Of a stretch of DNA of 64,000 nucleotides, positions 21,848-32,372 are shown one piece after another. Numbering within the stretch: the first letter of the stretch is position 1; each line of letters opens with the position of its first letter. Below the pieces are notes generated by a model. It searched no databases. It saw nothing but the letters and a program-made list of their open reading frames with translations, and was not told where the DNA came from. The position numbers and the translations under genes are program-made. This DNA is from Promethearchaeota archaeon (GTDB lineage: Archaea; Asgardarchaeota; Lokiarchaeia; Sigyniarchaeales; SOKP01), in contig JBHLOI010000003.1 in NCBI GenBank assembly GCA_048940645.1, positions 1-64,000 of the forward strand. The letters run 5' to 3'.

Positions 21848-22882
21848 TTAGATATTCTCTTTTTTCCATATGTTTTCAGTGTAGCAAGGAACAGGAAGAT
21901 CTTTCATAGTCAATAGACCTGACTTTGCATTAATCACTTTAGGGATTAGATTTGCAACCATTGCTGCTGTGCCTAAATCACCATGAACACCACCAATTAT
22001 TTTTTGATTGATACTCGGGATTCCATTTATTTCGATACAGTCATATTCTTCATGATTACCAGCATAAGCAATAAAGTTTAAAACAATTAACTCCTTACCA
22101 TTTTGTTTAGCTATTGCTTTGCTTTCTAAACCACATACATAGCCTTTTGGTACTTTCTCTCCATATGTTGTAGTAAATTCTTTTTCTGCTATTATAGCTT
22201 TCGGAGGAAATTCATTTATTTCATCATAGTCAATACCCAGAGCTGCTATGATCATATGTATTGATTGTATTAAACCTACATGGCCGGTAATTTCTTTTTT
22301 ATCAATATTTTCATTGAATCTTTCGAATTTCAAACCAGTTCCTATTTTTCGTTGAAAAGATTCTCTCCTTCTGGCAGAATTCATCATTCTGGTTACTTTT
22401 ATTGATTCTACCTTTTGACAAGGAGCAGTAATAACAATAGGTAATAAATCCATAAGATATCCTGGATTTATTCCTGTACCAACTATTGTAACATTTTTAG
22501 ATTTCGCAAGCAGATCCAATTCTTCAGAGAGTTTAGGATAGTATTGAAATGGATATGATAGTTCCTCACATATCGAGATCACGTTATTACCTGATTTAAC
22601 TGCTAATTTAATTAGAGGAGTAACTTTTTTCAAAAAAGAAGTTGTGGCAATAAAAACAACATCAACATTTCCCCTAGAAAGAGCAGCTTTTAAATCGGAC
22701 TCAACAATAATATCTTTTCCTTCTTCAATATTTAGTAAATTACTTAAATTTATATCTTTAAGTTTAGGATCAATATCAATCACAGCTTGAAGATTGATAT
22801 TTTTTCTTTCGAGAAGAAGTTTAGCTATAATACGTCCCATAGGTCCTAAACCTATTTGTATTACATTAAATTTAGCATTCAT
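21848..22882 (-). CDS. 2,4-diaminopentanoate dehydrogenase (Ord)-like / DapB-family NAD(P) oxidoreductase
   Basis: GLGPMG, CEELSYP, GTGINPG, GHVG, GGVHGD..TAA. Confidence 0.8.
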   Translation of the reverse strand: MNAKFNVIQIGLGPMGRIIAKLLLERKNINLQAVIDIDPKLKDINLSNLLNIEEGKDIIVESDLKAALSRGNVDVVFIATTSFLKKVTPLIKLAVKSGNNVISICEELSYPFQYYPKLSEELDLLAKSKNVTIVGTGINPGYLMDLLPIVITAPCQKVESIKVTRMMNSARRRESFQRKIGTGLKFERFNENIDKKEITGHVGLIQSIHMIIAALGIDYDEINEFPPKAIIAEKEFTTTYGEKVPKGYVCGLESKAIAKQNGKELIVLNFIAYAGNHEEYDCIEINGIPSINQKIIGGVHGDLGTAAMVANLIPKVINAKSGLLTMKDLPVPCYTENIWKKENI

Positions 22883-22921
22883 CTAATATTCACTTTTATT
22901 GTATTAATATATTTCAATATG

Positions 22922-24262
22922 TTAATCAAAATGAGATTGAGAAACAGGATGCGCGATCTGTTCTACTACATTTTGTATTTGCATAATATGATTATGAGTA
23001 TGCGCCATTGAAAGGGATCCTAATCCATGTAAACCTGATATATTGCGATTAAATAAGGCTAAGTGAAGTAAAGCTTCGCGTTTTTTATCAGTAATTTCAA
23101 TAATTTCTTTGATGGAAGGTTTTTCAACCCATTTTGAAAGTGTATGAAGCATAATTATTGATTTATATCCTCTTGCTAGAAGAGGTAATTTCTCTTCATT
23201 AAAGAATTGATTCAAGTTTTCTAGTAATTTTTCTCCTTCATTATTTATTCGATTATATTCTTTTTGAGATCCATTTAATATTTCTAAGGTTTTTAATCCT
23301 GCTATCATACTAAGTGGATAACCAGAAAAGGTTCCACCTCCTATTAAAACTTGTTTTTCTTCTTGTGGGCTAGAACGTTGAATAATTTCTTCTTGCCCAC
23401 CTACAGCACCTATAGGCATACCACCTCCTATGATTTTACCCATAGTAGTTAAATCTGGTATGATATTTAAATTGTTTTGAATTAGAGCATTTGAAAATCG
23501 ATAACCCGTAATTATCTCATCAAATATGAGTAGAATACCATATTTCTCTGTCTCTTCTCTTAATCTCTTTAAGAACTCAATATCTACAGTAAATCCGCCA
23601 CCGCCACCTAATATTGGTTCTAAAATTATGGCAGCTAAATCGTTCTTATTTTCTTTAATTAAATTGAATGTTTGTTCATTATTAATTTCAAATGTAAGAA
23701 TTCCTGCTTTTTCTGAATCAAGAAGCCCTGGTGAAGTTTGATCGTTTTTCAAACTTCCCACATTATAATATAATGTATCATTTGCACCATGCCAACCTAA
23801 TTTTGCTTTAGCTATTAACCTCCTTTCTGTATAAGCTCGAGCTAATCTTGATGCATACATAGTTGCTTCTGTTCCACTAACACAAAATCTCATCTTTTCA
23901 ATACCTAAGTTCCCCTTTATAATAGTTTCTGCTAATTCAACCTGATACTCAGTATTAGTTCCAAAGTGCCACCCATGTTCTATAAATTCTTTTAATGTTT
24001 GTTGAATTTCTGGAGGATTATGCCCCAAAATCATCGCAAAATGGCCATTCCAACAATCAATATATTCATTCCCATCAATATCACTTAGATATGGGCCATT
24101 AGCTGAACTGATAAATAAAGGAAAAGCCCCTATTAAATCTAAACCGAAAGTGCGAATGCTATGCGAAACCCCTCCAGGCAGAACTCTTAGAGCTTTTTGC
24201 CAAAGTTCTTTTGATTTTGGTCTATTTTTCTGGTATATTTCTAGTTCATTCTTAATAAACAT
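22922..24262 (-). CDS. Class III PLP aminotransferase (glutamate-1-semialdehyde aminomutase-like)
   Basis: PGGVSH, DIDGNEYID, SGTEATM, FDEIITGYR, PDLTTMGKIIGGGMP. Confidence 0.85.
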   Translation of the reverse strand: MFIKNELEIYQKNRPKSKELWQKALRVLPGGVSHSIRTFGLDLIGAFPLFISSANGPYLSDIDGNEYIDCWNGHFAMILGHNPPEIQQTLKEFIEHGWHFGTNTEYQVELAETIIKGNLGIEKMRFCVSGTEATMYASRLARAYTERRLIAKAKLGWHGANDTLYYNVGSLKNDQTSPGLLDSEKAGILTFEINNEQTFNLIKENKNDLAAIILEPILGGGGGFTVDIEFLKRLREETEKYGILLIFDEIITGYRFSNALIQNNLNIIPDLTTMGKIIGGGMPIGAVGGQEEIIQRSSPQEEKQVLIGGGTFSGYPLSMIAGLKTLEILNGSQKEYNRINNEGEKLLENLNQFFNEEKLPLLARGYKSIIMLHTLSKWVEKPSIKEIIEITDKKREALLHLALFNRNISGLHGLGSLSMAHTHNHIMQIQNVVEQIAHPVSQSHFD

Positions 24263-24403
24263 TTAAACCAACCTAAATATTCTTTATTGTTAATTCTATC
24301 AAATTTTTCCTTATAAAAATATATTAAAACACTAAATAAAAAGAACCGTAGAATATAATCTTTAAAGACTTCATGTAATAGTATAATTATTTAAAAAAAA
24401 GGA

Positions 24404-25735
24404 TTAATCTAGTTTTGCGCCACAATTAGGGCAAATTATTGCATTTCTAAGGGTAGTTCCACATATTCTACAAAGATTTATTGTTTTTTTCTTAGGAGGT
24501 CGTAATGAGGTGATGGATATTTTATCTTGTGCTAATGTTGAAGGATCAGAATTTTCAGAAAGATTTACCGTGGGATTGGGAATTGAATCAATTAATTTTG
24601 GTTTACCATTATTTTTTGTTGGTATCGTTATCTCTGCCCCAAAAAATCCACCTATACGGACTTTTTTTAACGATGGTGCCTCATTTTCAACGTGGGCGAG
24701 TTCTATTTTAACTTCCTCTTCAATATGTTGATCTGTAGCTTCATAAACTTCAGAATACAATTCTTCAGAAGGTATTTCAGTTAGTTCAATTTCTTCAGAA
24801 ATTTCTTCAAATTCTTCTGGATGATTCTCTCGGTATATTAAATTTACAAATTCCTCATCTATCTTCAAGAGAGTATCACATTGGACACATCTAAACAAAT
24901 GTTTAAATCCAATATTATTAGCAATAGAATATTCCGCTGCGCAACAGGAGTGATATCTGGCATTACAATTAAAACATTTATGCAATTCATCAGAATATGC
25001 TTCACATATTGGACATAATTCTTGTTCACATATATCACATTTTTCTTCTTCTTCTGCATCTAAAGAGATTAAATCTACGGCTAATCTTTCGTAAAATACT
25101 TTATCTTCCTCTAATATATATTCTGTCTCATCTGGTTGAATTACATTAAACTCAGTCTTATTTTGAATTAAAGATCCTAAGATATTTTGAAATAATTTGA
25201 TATCGTTACAATAAAATACGCCACCATGAGTTTCTGAGACTATAACTTTTAATTTAACATCATCCACATAAAATTTTTGATCTCCTACCCTAATAATATC
25301 GATAAATGTATCAAATTTCCTAGCTTTAAGTAATAAATCATATAATGCATTATGATACTCTTCGGAGAGTGAGCTGGGAGTATCAGATATTATTATTACT
25401 CTGTAATTCTTTCTTGCAGTTCTTATCTTTCTAAAAACGTAGGATAAGATTTCAAATAGTCCATTTTCTAGAAAACTCTTTTGAGTTTCGCGGCCTTCCC
25501 AATATTCATCTAAAATATGCATTAATGAATCTGCTCCGTTTTCATCATATGTAGTTACGGGAGCTCCTTTTTCTTGAAATAAAACGAGGCCATAAGAACT
25601 CAAACTATTGAATTTATCTTTATCTTTAATAAATGAAGTAATTGCTTTTGCTAGTGTCTTTTTTTTCATAAAATCTGATAAAAGATCAATGTAAAAAATA
25701 AATTCTTCTGAATTCACAGCCGCTTTCTTAAACAT
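24404..25735 (-). CDS. vWA-like domain + RING/PHD-like Zn finger + C-terminal Zn ribbon (paralog 1)
   Basis: FYIDL, RVIIISD and FIDIIRVG strands, ETHGGVFY; CxxC-CxxC-CxxC-HxxC-CxxC cluster; terminal CRIC..CPNC. Confidence 0.7.
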   Translation of the reverse strand: MFKKAAVNSEEFIFYIDLLSDFMKKKTLAKAITSFIKDKDKFNSLSSYGLVLFQEKGAPVTTYDENGADSLMHILDEYWEGRETQKSFLENGLFEILSYVFRKIRTARKNYRVIIISDTPSSLSEEYHNALYDLLLKARKFDTFIDIIRVGDQKFYVDDVKLKVIVSETHGGVFYCNDIKLFQNILGSLIQNKTEFNVIQPDETEYILEEDKVFYERLAVDLISLDAEEEEKCDICEQELCPICEAYSDELHKCFNCNARYHSCCAAEYSIANNIGFKHLFRCVQCDTLLKIDEEFVNLIYRENHPEEFEEISEEIELTEIPSEELYSEVYEATDQHIEEEVKIELAHVENEAPSLKKVRIGGFFGAEITIPTKNNGKPKLIDSIPNPTVNLSENSDPSTLAQDKISITSLRPPKKKTINLCRICGTTLRNAIICPNCGAKLD

Positions 25736-25885
25736 CTCAACACCTTTCTTAAGAAGAAATTTATAATAAAATATGAATAGGAATTTATTTAAACTAATAA
25801 TAGAATTTTTATTTATTTTTATTGATCTTTCATCATTTCTGTTGTTTCACGAAAAATATTATACATCTCCCCAAGATTAAGAAAA

Positions 25886-27271
25886 TTAGGTTAAAAATTT
25901 ATGTCCACAATAAGGACAAGAGTTAATAGCAACCATATTTTTGGTTAATTTTGTACGGCATTCAGGGCAAATCATAAAAGTTCCTTTATCTTCATCCTTC
26001 TCTGAGTTTTTAGTATTTAAAGACATACTTATAGAGGTTTGCTTGGCCTTTTTATCTTCATATCTTATTTCTGGCTGTAAAAGTTTATTTTTTCTTATTT
26101 TATCTTGAGTTGAGTTGTGAGAAATTTTTTGATAGATTAATTTATCTCCTTCCTTTCTTACAGTGTATACCTTACCAAAGAAACCACCTATTCTTACTGT
26201 TTTGGGATGGACTTGCAGAGTATCTGAAAATTCTAGGCTCTGATCTTGACTCTTTTCTAAAAAATCTTTTTGCTGATTAAATGATTCTTTAATGAAATCT
26301 TCTTGAGTTGCAGTTATTGGTTTAATATCTTCAGTCTCGATGTATTCTTCAACAGTTTTTATATTTTCATGTTCAGGTTTGACGATATCATCCTGTTTGA
26401 TTTTTAACAGAATATCACAGCTTGGGCATCTAAATATGTGAGGAATACCGATATTATGCTTGATTGCATAATTAATGATACAACAATTATGAAACGCACT
26501 CTCGCAATTTTCACACATAAGAGGGATATCATAAACATTTGAACAAAAAGGGCAGATATCTTCTTGACAAAAAAAACATTTTATTGCTGTTTCTTCTTTT
26601 GTTCGTTTTAATTTTTTTGCCAGACGGGAATAAAAATCATAATCTTCCTTTTTAATCTTTATTTTTCCTTCTGGACCTTTAATAAGGCTTATTAATTGTT
26701 TAGGCTTCACTAATTTTTTTATAATGTTCATAAAATCTTTCTTATCATGAAGATAAAAAATACCACCCTCAGTATCACTTGTCAAAATATTTAATTTTAC
26801 ATCATCTTTAAAGAATCGTTCGCTTTTTTCAGAAATTCGTACAATATCTATAAAAGTTGGAAAATTTTTGATTTTTGACACGAGATTAAATAAGGCATCG
26901 GTATAATCCTCTGATAAATCGCTTGGTGTATCTGTGATAACAATTATTCGATTTATCTTTGATTTTTTTCTCGTAGTCTCAGCGATATAAGAAAAAATAT
27001 AGAATAACCCATTTTCAAAAAAAGATGTTTTTTTAGGACGTGTTCTCCAATTTTCTTCAATAGTATTTGCTATAATACTAGAATCCTTTTTATCTATAAT
27101 AAAGATTGGATTTCCTTCTTCTTGGAAAATTAATAAACCATAATGTCCTTTAAGATTACTCTTATTTTTTTCAGAAATATAATACTTTATTGCTTTAATT
27201 AGTTCTTTCTTCTTTAATATATCCTTTGTTAGATCTAAATAAAAAAATATATCTTCATAAGAAGTTTTCAT
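25886..27271 (-). CDS. vWA-like domain + RING/PHD-like Zn finger + C-terminal Zn ribbon (paralog 2)
   Basis: Shares FYLDL, ENGLF, DTPS.LSE.Y..AL, DDVKL, NIG..H.FRC..CD.LLKI and VRIGGFFG with 24404-25735. Confidence 0.7.
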   Translation of the reverse strand: MKTSYEDIFFYLDLTKDILKKKELIKAIKYYISEKNKSNLKGHYGLLIFQEEGNPIFIIDKKDSSIIANTIEENWRTRPKKTSFFENGLFYIFSYIAETTRKKSKINRIIVITDTPSDLSEDYTDALFNLVSKIKNFPTFIDIVRISEKSERFFKDDVKLNILTSDTEGGIFYLHDKKDFMNIIKKLVKPKQLISLIKGPEGKIKIKKEDYDFYSRLAKKLKRTKEETAIKCFFCQEDICPFCSNVYDIPLMCENCESAFHNCCIINYAIKHNIGIPHIFRCPSCDILLKIKQDDIVKPEHENIKTVEEYIETEDIKPITATQEDFIKESFNQQKDFLEKSQDQSLEFSDTLQVHPKTVRIGGFFGKVYTVRKEGDKLIYQKISHNSTQDKIRKNKLLQPEIRYEDKKAKQTSISMSLNTKNSEKDEDKGTFMICPECRTKLTKNMVAINSCPYCGHKFLT

Positions 27272-27424
27272 GAAAAAAAACCTATAACCTTTTTAATTTA
27301 ATTTAAGAAATTTATTTTTTAAATATTTTTTATCTTCCAAAATTTTAAAAAGTAAAATTTGATATTACTTATTAATATAGGTGAATAAGGTTATTAGAAA
27401 TAAGTAAATAATTAGTGCATATAT

Positions 27425-29389
27425 ATGGAAGATTTTTTGAAGCAAATCCAACTTTCGGAACATGCGATTAAAATTTATCTTAACAGTTTAGGGAGGAAAC
27501 CATTATCCTTAAATGAGTTGTATTCAATGGTACCTACTCTTTCTCAAGAAGAATATTTAAATATTATTAATGAACTTACTTCGATAGGATTACTAATTCC
27601 AATTACTCCTCAATCATCAGGAATTTTAAACCAGTATTTGGCATTACCACCATTTAATCCAATTATAAACTACTTAGAAAATATTAAGAGTAATTTGGGC
27701 AGTATAAAAAATCAATTACACCAATTATTAGCTAATTCATTAAAGAAGGTATTTGAAGATAATAGTTTAATTGAATTAGAAACTATTTTTAAAGCAATTA
27801 AAGATACAAGAAAAGATATTCAAGAAGAAACAATAATTCAAAAGCAGGAAGTTGAAGATATTGTTCAAGGAATGGAAAATCTTAGAGTTATGGAGAAAGT
27901 TTTAGAGGATTTACACCAAACGATAAAAGGAATCACCCAAACTCAATTTGGAAATTTAATGAAGACAATCTCAAGTATTAAAGATGACATTAATGAAAAA
28001 ATTAGTACTTTAGAACTTAAAAAATATGAAAAAAATATAAAACAGGTTATAGAGGAGTCATTCAAAAAAAATTTGGATAGATTGACGTCCCAATTCACTG
28101 TTAATTTGCACGAACTTATAGAAGAGGAAGTGAAGAAGACGATAGAATCTTTAAACAATATTATTGAATCCAGTTTTCAATTCAGGGATGATTTCAAAAT
28201 GTTATTATTAAATTCTTTAAATGGTTTTGAGATAAAATTATCACCTATTTTTGATTTACTAAAAAGTAAAAAAGAATCTCTATCTAGTGATTTAGAAGGG
28301 TTTCAAGAGACTATACTAAATAATTTAGAGAACATTATAAAAAACTCTGTTGATTCAATTGCAGCTTTAAATAATCCAATAAATGATGTCATGGAAACCT
28401 ATAGCAATTTTATAACACCAGACAAAATAAAGATTGAAAATATTTGGTTAGTTAATAATATCTTAAAAGTTGATGAAGAAATCATCAATTTGATTAATAA
28501 ATCAAAAGAGAAATTACTATTTATTGTTCCAAATTTAGAAGATCATTTAGATGATCGGCAATTTAAGACTGCATCCAGTAATCTTAAAATAAAAATCGCT
28601 TCCTCAGAAGCTCCAACAAATAGTAGTGTTAAACGACTAAAAGAAATTAAAAATTTTGATTATAGGACTCTTAAAAATGAAAATATCTTTATTTTAAAAT
28701 CAGATAGCGATTACTTAGTTATAGGTATTAGCATCGAAACAAGAAATAAATTAGATGATTTTATTGGTTTTGGCACAACTTATAAGCCTATTGTCCAGCT
28801 AATAGACCCCGTTATTGATTCAATCTGGAATAAAGCAACTCCAGATCTACTTCAAGTACCAAAATCAATTGGTATAACTACTTCAATGAGTAAGGAAAAA
28901 TCATTTGATTCTACCCCTAGAATATCTGATATTAAAATTCCAGTCCAAAAATTTACCCCAACATCAATAAAATTACCATCTACCCAAACCATGAAACCAC
29001 AAACAAAAATTAATGCGAAAAAAAATAGTACAATTCAACCACCACAGCAAGAAGTCCCTACTCCAGGTACAAATTTAACTCATCAAATGGAACAGCATTC
29101 AGATTTTATGGCAAAAGTACGTCCTAAAGCGGGAGATGAGGCAGGATTTTTGATAAATAATGCATTTAATGCATTAATCCAAAAATTAGGAACCCTAAAA
29201 GGCAAGGAATTTAGTGAAGAGCTACAAAAAGTTGCTGACCTAATTTTAGAAAATAAGGGTTTTTCAGTTACTTTACACAAATTACGAAGTACGATAAATC
29301 AATATAAAGAGCAGATAGATCTCTTAACCCCAAACGATGTAAGGGAAATAATTGAAAAAATTGAAGAATGGAAAAGCCATATTTTATAA
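27425..29389 (+). CDS. Large hypothetical protein: TrmB-like HTH N-terminus, long coiled coil, probable PLD-like domain
   Basis: LSEHAIKIYL..L.SIGL..YLALPP resembles TrmB HTH; heptad-rich middle; I..SKEKLLFIVP..IW pattern. Confidence 0.55.
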   Translation: MEDFLKQIQLSEHAIKIYLNSLGRKPLSLNELYSMVPTLSQEEYLNIINELTSIGLLIPITPQSSGILNQYLALPPFNPIINYLENIKSNLGSIKNQLHQLLANSLKKVFEDNSLIELETIFKAIKDTRKDIQEETIIQKQEVEDIVQGMENLRVMEKVLEDLHQTIKGITQTQFGNLMKTISSIKDDINEKISTLELKKYEKNIKQVIEESFKKNLDRLTSQFTVNLHELIEEEVKKTIESLNNIIESSFQFRDDFKMLLLNSLNGFEIKLSPIFDLLKSKKESLSSDLEGFQETILNNLENIIKNSVDSIAALNNPINDVMETYSNFITPDKIKIENIWLVNNILKVDEEIINLINKSKEKLLFIVPNLEDHLDDRQFKTASSNLKIKIASSEAPTNSSVKRLKEIKNFDYRTLKNENIFILKSDSDYLVIGISIETRNKLDDFIGFGTTYKPIVQLIDPVIDSIWNKATPDLLQVPKSIGITTSMSKEKSFDSTPRISDIKIPVQKFTPTSIKLPSTQTMKPQTKINAKKNSTIQPPQQEVPTPGTNLTHQMEQHSDFMAKVRPKAGDEAGFLINNAFNALIQKLGTLKGKEFSEELQKVADLILENKGFSVTLHKLRSTINQYKEQIDLLTPNDVREIIEKIEEWKSHIL

Positions 29390-29426
29390 TTAATATACTT
29401 TTAACATTTAAATGCATTATAAAAAA

Positions 29427-30191
29427 TTAAGAGGATTTCTTCTTCTTAAAAACATTTAAGAATAATCTAAATAAAATATACCCTACTAAGCTAAAGAAAG
29501 ATATTGTGAAAAATAAAGCAACGATTATTGATAATATAAAATTTGGGTTTAAAATTCCAATTATTCCAAAAATTGGGCATAATGGAGCAATTAGGATAAA
29601 AAGGACATAGATTGTTTTTCCCTTCTCCCCAAAAGTAATATATATAGTAATATTAAACCATCCGATTAAAATCATGAAAAATGGGGTTGCATAATAAACA
29701 ATTTCTAGAAACGGAACCCCCATTCCGCCCATTGCAAAGGTATAAAAATAATTAGCATAAAAATAGGTAATTATTAATAAGGCACTAGCGGGTGTAGGGA
29801 CCCCTGTAAACCCTGGTTCAGTAGATATATTAAATCTTGCTAATCTTAATAAAGCACCTAAAGCAAAAAGAATACAACTCACTAATAAAAAATAATCATA
29901 AGGAGTTCCAGTTTTAAAAGCTTGAAATGTTAAGATAGCAGGAGATATACCAAAGGTTAGGCAATCACTTAAAGAATCCAGTTGTCTTCCCATCTCATTT
30001 ACAGTCTTGGTTTTTCGAGCGATATAACCATCAATTAAATCTGTACCTATTGAAATAGAAATTAAGAAAAATCCAAAAGAAATAGCATCACGCGTACCTA
30101 TAGAAGCAGAAATTAGGGAAATTAATCCTAGAGCTGTCCCAATCAGAGTAATATAATCCTTTAGCTTTAATAAGCTTGGTATGGTAGACAT
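29427..30191 (-). CDS. pssA: CDP-alcohol phosphatidyltransferase (archaetidylserine synthase-like)
   Basis: DLIDGYIARK..G.QLDSLSD..TFG..PA and LRLARFN. Confidence 0.88.
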   Translation of the reverse strand: MSTIPSLLKLKDYITLIGTALGLISLISASIGTRDAISFGFFLISISIGTDLIDGYIARKTKTVNEMGRQLDSLSDCLTFGISPAILTFQAFKTGTPYDYFLLVSCILFALGALLRLARFNISTEPGFTGVPTPASALLIITYFYANYFYTFAMGGMGVPFLEIVYYATPFFMILIGWFNITIYITFGEKGKTIYVLFILIAPLCPIFGIIGILNPNFILSIIVALFFTISFFSLVGYILFRLFLNVFKKKKSS

Positions 30192-30336
30192 GATACTACA
30201 AATTAAAATCTTATTATAGTAATTTAAAGCTTATTTCTATTATAAAATTTCCTTAACTCATAAATAAAGGTTTTTAGATTCTCATTAAATTTATTAAATT
30301 ATATTACTTTTTTTTGATTAATTAAAAGAACTGTAT

Positions 30337-31119
30337 TTGGTAAAAATGTATTGTTCTCACTGTGGTATAAAGATAAAAGATACAAATCAGAAATATTGTG
30401 AAGAGTGCGGAAGTGAATTAAAAAAAAAATTTGATGGTAAGGAGTCTGAATCAAAAACAGTAAGAACTACCCCTAAACCAGAGAAATATAAAGAAGGTGG
30501 TTTATTTGATCTAGATCGGTCTTACTACTTAATCAAAGAACGGATGTGGGACATGGGATTTGGTGATATAATGGATGAGAAGGGGAAGTTAATTGGAAAG
30601 ATGAATAGGATTATTTTTAGTATTAGAAGGAGGGTCGAGCTCCAGGAAGTTGATGGAACAGTTGTTGCTACTATTCATAGCAAAATTCTCTCGGCTCGAG
30701 GAGCACAAGATTTAAAAGATCCTGCAGGTAATATGATTGCAAGGATAAAAAGGAAGATACTGACATTTTTCAAGCATAAATTCTATTTAGAATCACCAGA
30801 TGGCACGAGATGGTATGAAGCTATAGGAAATTTCATGGGTTGGTCATTTAAAGTCTATGAGGTTGCTACAAATAAATTAATCGCTGAAATTGAAAAAGCA
30901 GACAGGTGGCGGGATGTATTTCTTGGAGGCATGTTTGATTTTGCAGATACTTACGCATTGAAAATATTAGATAATGAAACTGATAGGAGAATATTAGTAG
31001 GTTTTGTATTATCCATTGATAATGTTCTGCATGATACAGCTGGAATGGGTCCAGGTTTCAGACCTGGTCCAGTTTGGCGAGGACCCTATCGTAGGGGTAG
31101 ATTTCCTAGACCACTCTAG
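30337..31119 (+). CDS. Zn-ribbon + LURP-one/scramblase (Tubby-C-like) protein
   Basis: CSHCG..CEECG N-terminus; repeated beta strands, GNFMGWSF, DTYAL, SIDN; Arg/Pro/Gly-rich tail. Confidence 0.75.
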   Translation: MVKMYCSHCGIKIKDTNQKYCEECGSELKKKFDGKESESKTVRTTPKPEKYKEGGLFDLDRSYYLIKERMWDMGFGDIMDEKGKLIGKMNRIIFSIRRRVELQEVDGTVVATIHSKILSARGAQDLKDPAGNMIARIKRKILTFFKHKFYLESPDGTRWYEAIGNFMGWSFKVYEVATNKLIAEIEKADRWRDVFLGGMFDFADTYALKILDNETDRRILVGFVLSIDNVLHDTAGMGPGFRPGPVWRGPYRRGRFPRPL

Positions 31120-31358
31120 ATTTTTTTTAATATTATTCTGAAAAGTTTGATACCTTTTAAAATAATTATTTAGAATTACTTATAAGACGTAATTAAGGAT
31201 AAATTATTAGTTGATAATAATTTTGCCATAAATCTAATTTAATCGATTAAATAAATTTTTATTTAAGTAATTTTATATTTTGGTAAATTGAACATACTAT
31301 TAAAGTAATCTATTTCATAATATCGTATCAAACGAATATTAGAATTTGGTAATAAGCT

Positions 31359-32255
31359 ATGGCAGAAGCATACGATGAGTTCATTGTATTTGACTTAGAG
31401 AATACAGGAGAGCGTAGAAAACTTAAAATAAATCAAGAAGAACTTCAGGATCATTTAAATCCCGATCAAGTGCTTATTATTGTGCGTGAAGATTTAAGGA
31501 GGATATATATTTGGAAAGGTTCTAAATCTCCAGTAAGAAAACGTTTTATTAGTTCAAAAGTTGCACAAGAATTACAGAAAGAGCTTATGCATGATCCTCG
31601 TTATCATAGATGCAAAATAGTATCCATTGACCAAGGGGATGAATTACAAGAATTTCTTAATGCATTTCGCTTAGAATCGATGATAGTAGAAGAACGATTA
31701 CCAGACATGCATTATATTAGAAATTTTGAAAGGGAAAAACTAAAGGAAGCTGAGCGTTTTGCTAAAGAGAGAGGAATGAGAACGACAGAAGTTGAGAAAG
31801 GATATTATTCTCCAGGATTGGCAGATAAAAATACTGATGTAGTAATATCTTCTTTCGCTATGAGTAGTCCAGTAGCGAAAGTTAAATCATCTCAAATGAC
31901 AAATTCTTATGTAGCAAGGCGATCTTTTGGACTCTCAGAAGAAGAAAAACAAAAAATTAAAAAGAAAATTTTAGATTTGAAAATTCCTGAAAATTATGAG
32001 AGACAAAACTTAATTTTAGGACATACGCTTTATGGAGCAGTTTCTAAAGTAACAGATGTGTTTGGGAAAAATGTGGTTGATATTGTGTGGGAAGAAGTTA
32101 AAAAAGTACCTAAAGGCGTAATGGAATTGGATAATAATAAATTTAGAGTATATTTTGATGAAAAAAAAGGTATGGTAGAAGCTGTTGAGGTATTAAAGGA
32201 AAAGAAAGCGCCAAAACAAAACCTAAATCATGCATCTAAACAAAAAGAGGAATAA
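31359..32255 (+). CDS. Gelsolin-like domain protein with unknown C-terminal domain
   Basis: LNPDQVLII...IYIWKGSKS...VAQEL...IDQGDE..EFL matches the gelsolin repeat pattern (WxG, QGxE..F). Confidence 0.75.
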   Translation: MAEAYDEFIVFDLENTGERRKLKINQEELQDHLNPDQVLIIVREDLRRIYIWKGSKSPVRKRFISSKVAQELQKELMHDPRYHRCKIVSIDQGDELQEFLNAFRLESMIVEERLPDMHYIRNFEREKLKEAERFAKERGMRTTEVEKGYYSPGLADKNTDVVISSFAMSSPVAKVKSSQMTNSYVARRSFGLSEEEKQKIKKKILDLKIPENYERQNLILGHTLYGAVSKVTDVFGKNVVDIVWEEVKKVPKGVMELDNNKFRVYFDEKKGMVEAVEVLKEKKAPKQNLNHASKQKEE

Positions 32256-32372
32256 GTAGTGGTAGATAAGAAATCAAACGAAAGAAAGATATCCAAACAA
32301 GTTAAATGGCAATTAACGAAAATTAAAATCACTAGAAGTTAACTTATTTTAAAAAATATAATAATAGAGAAT

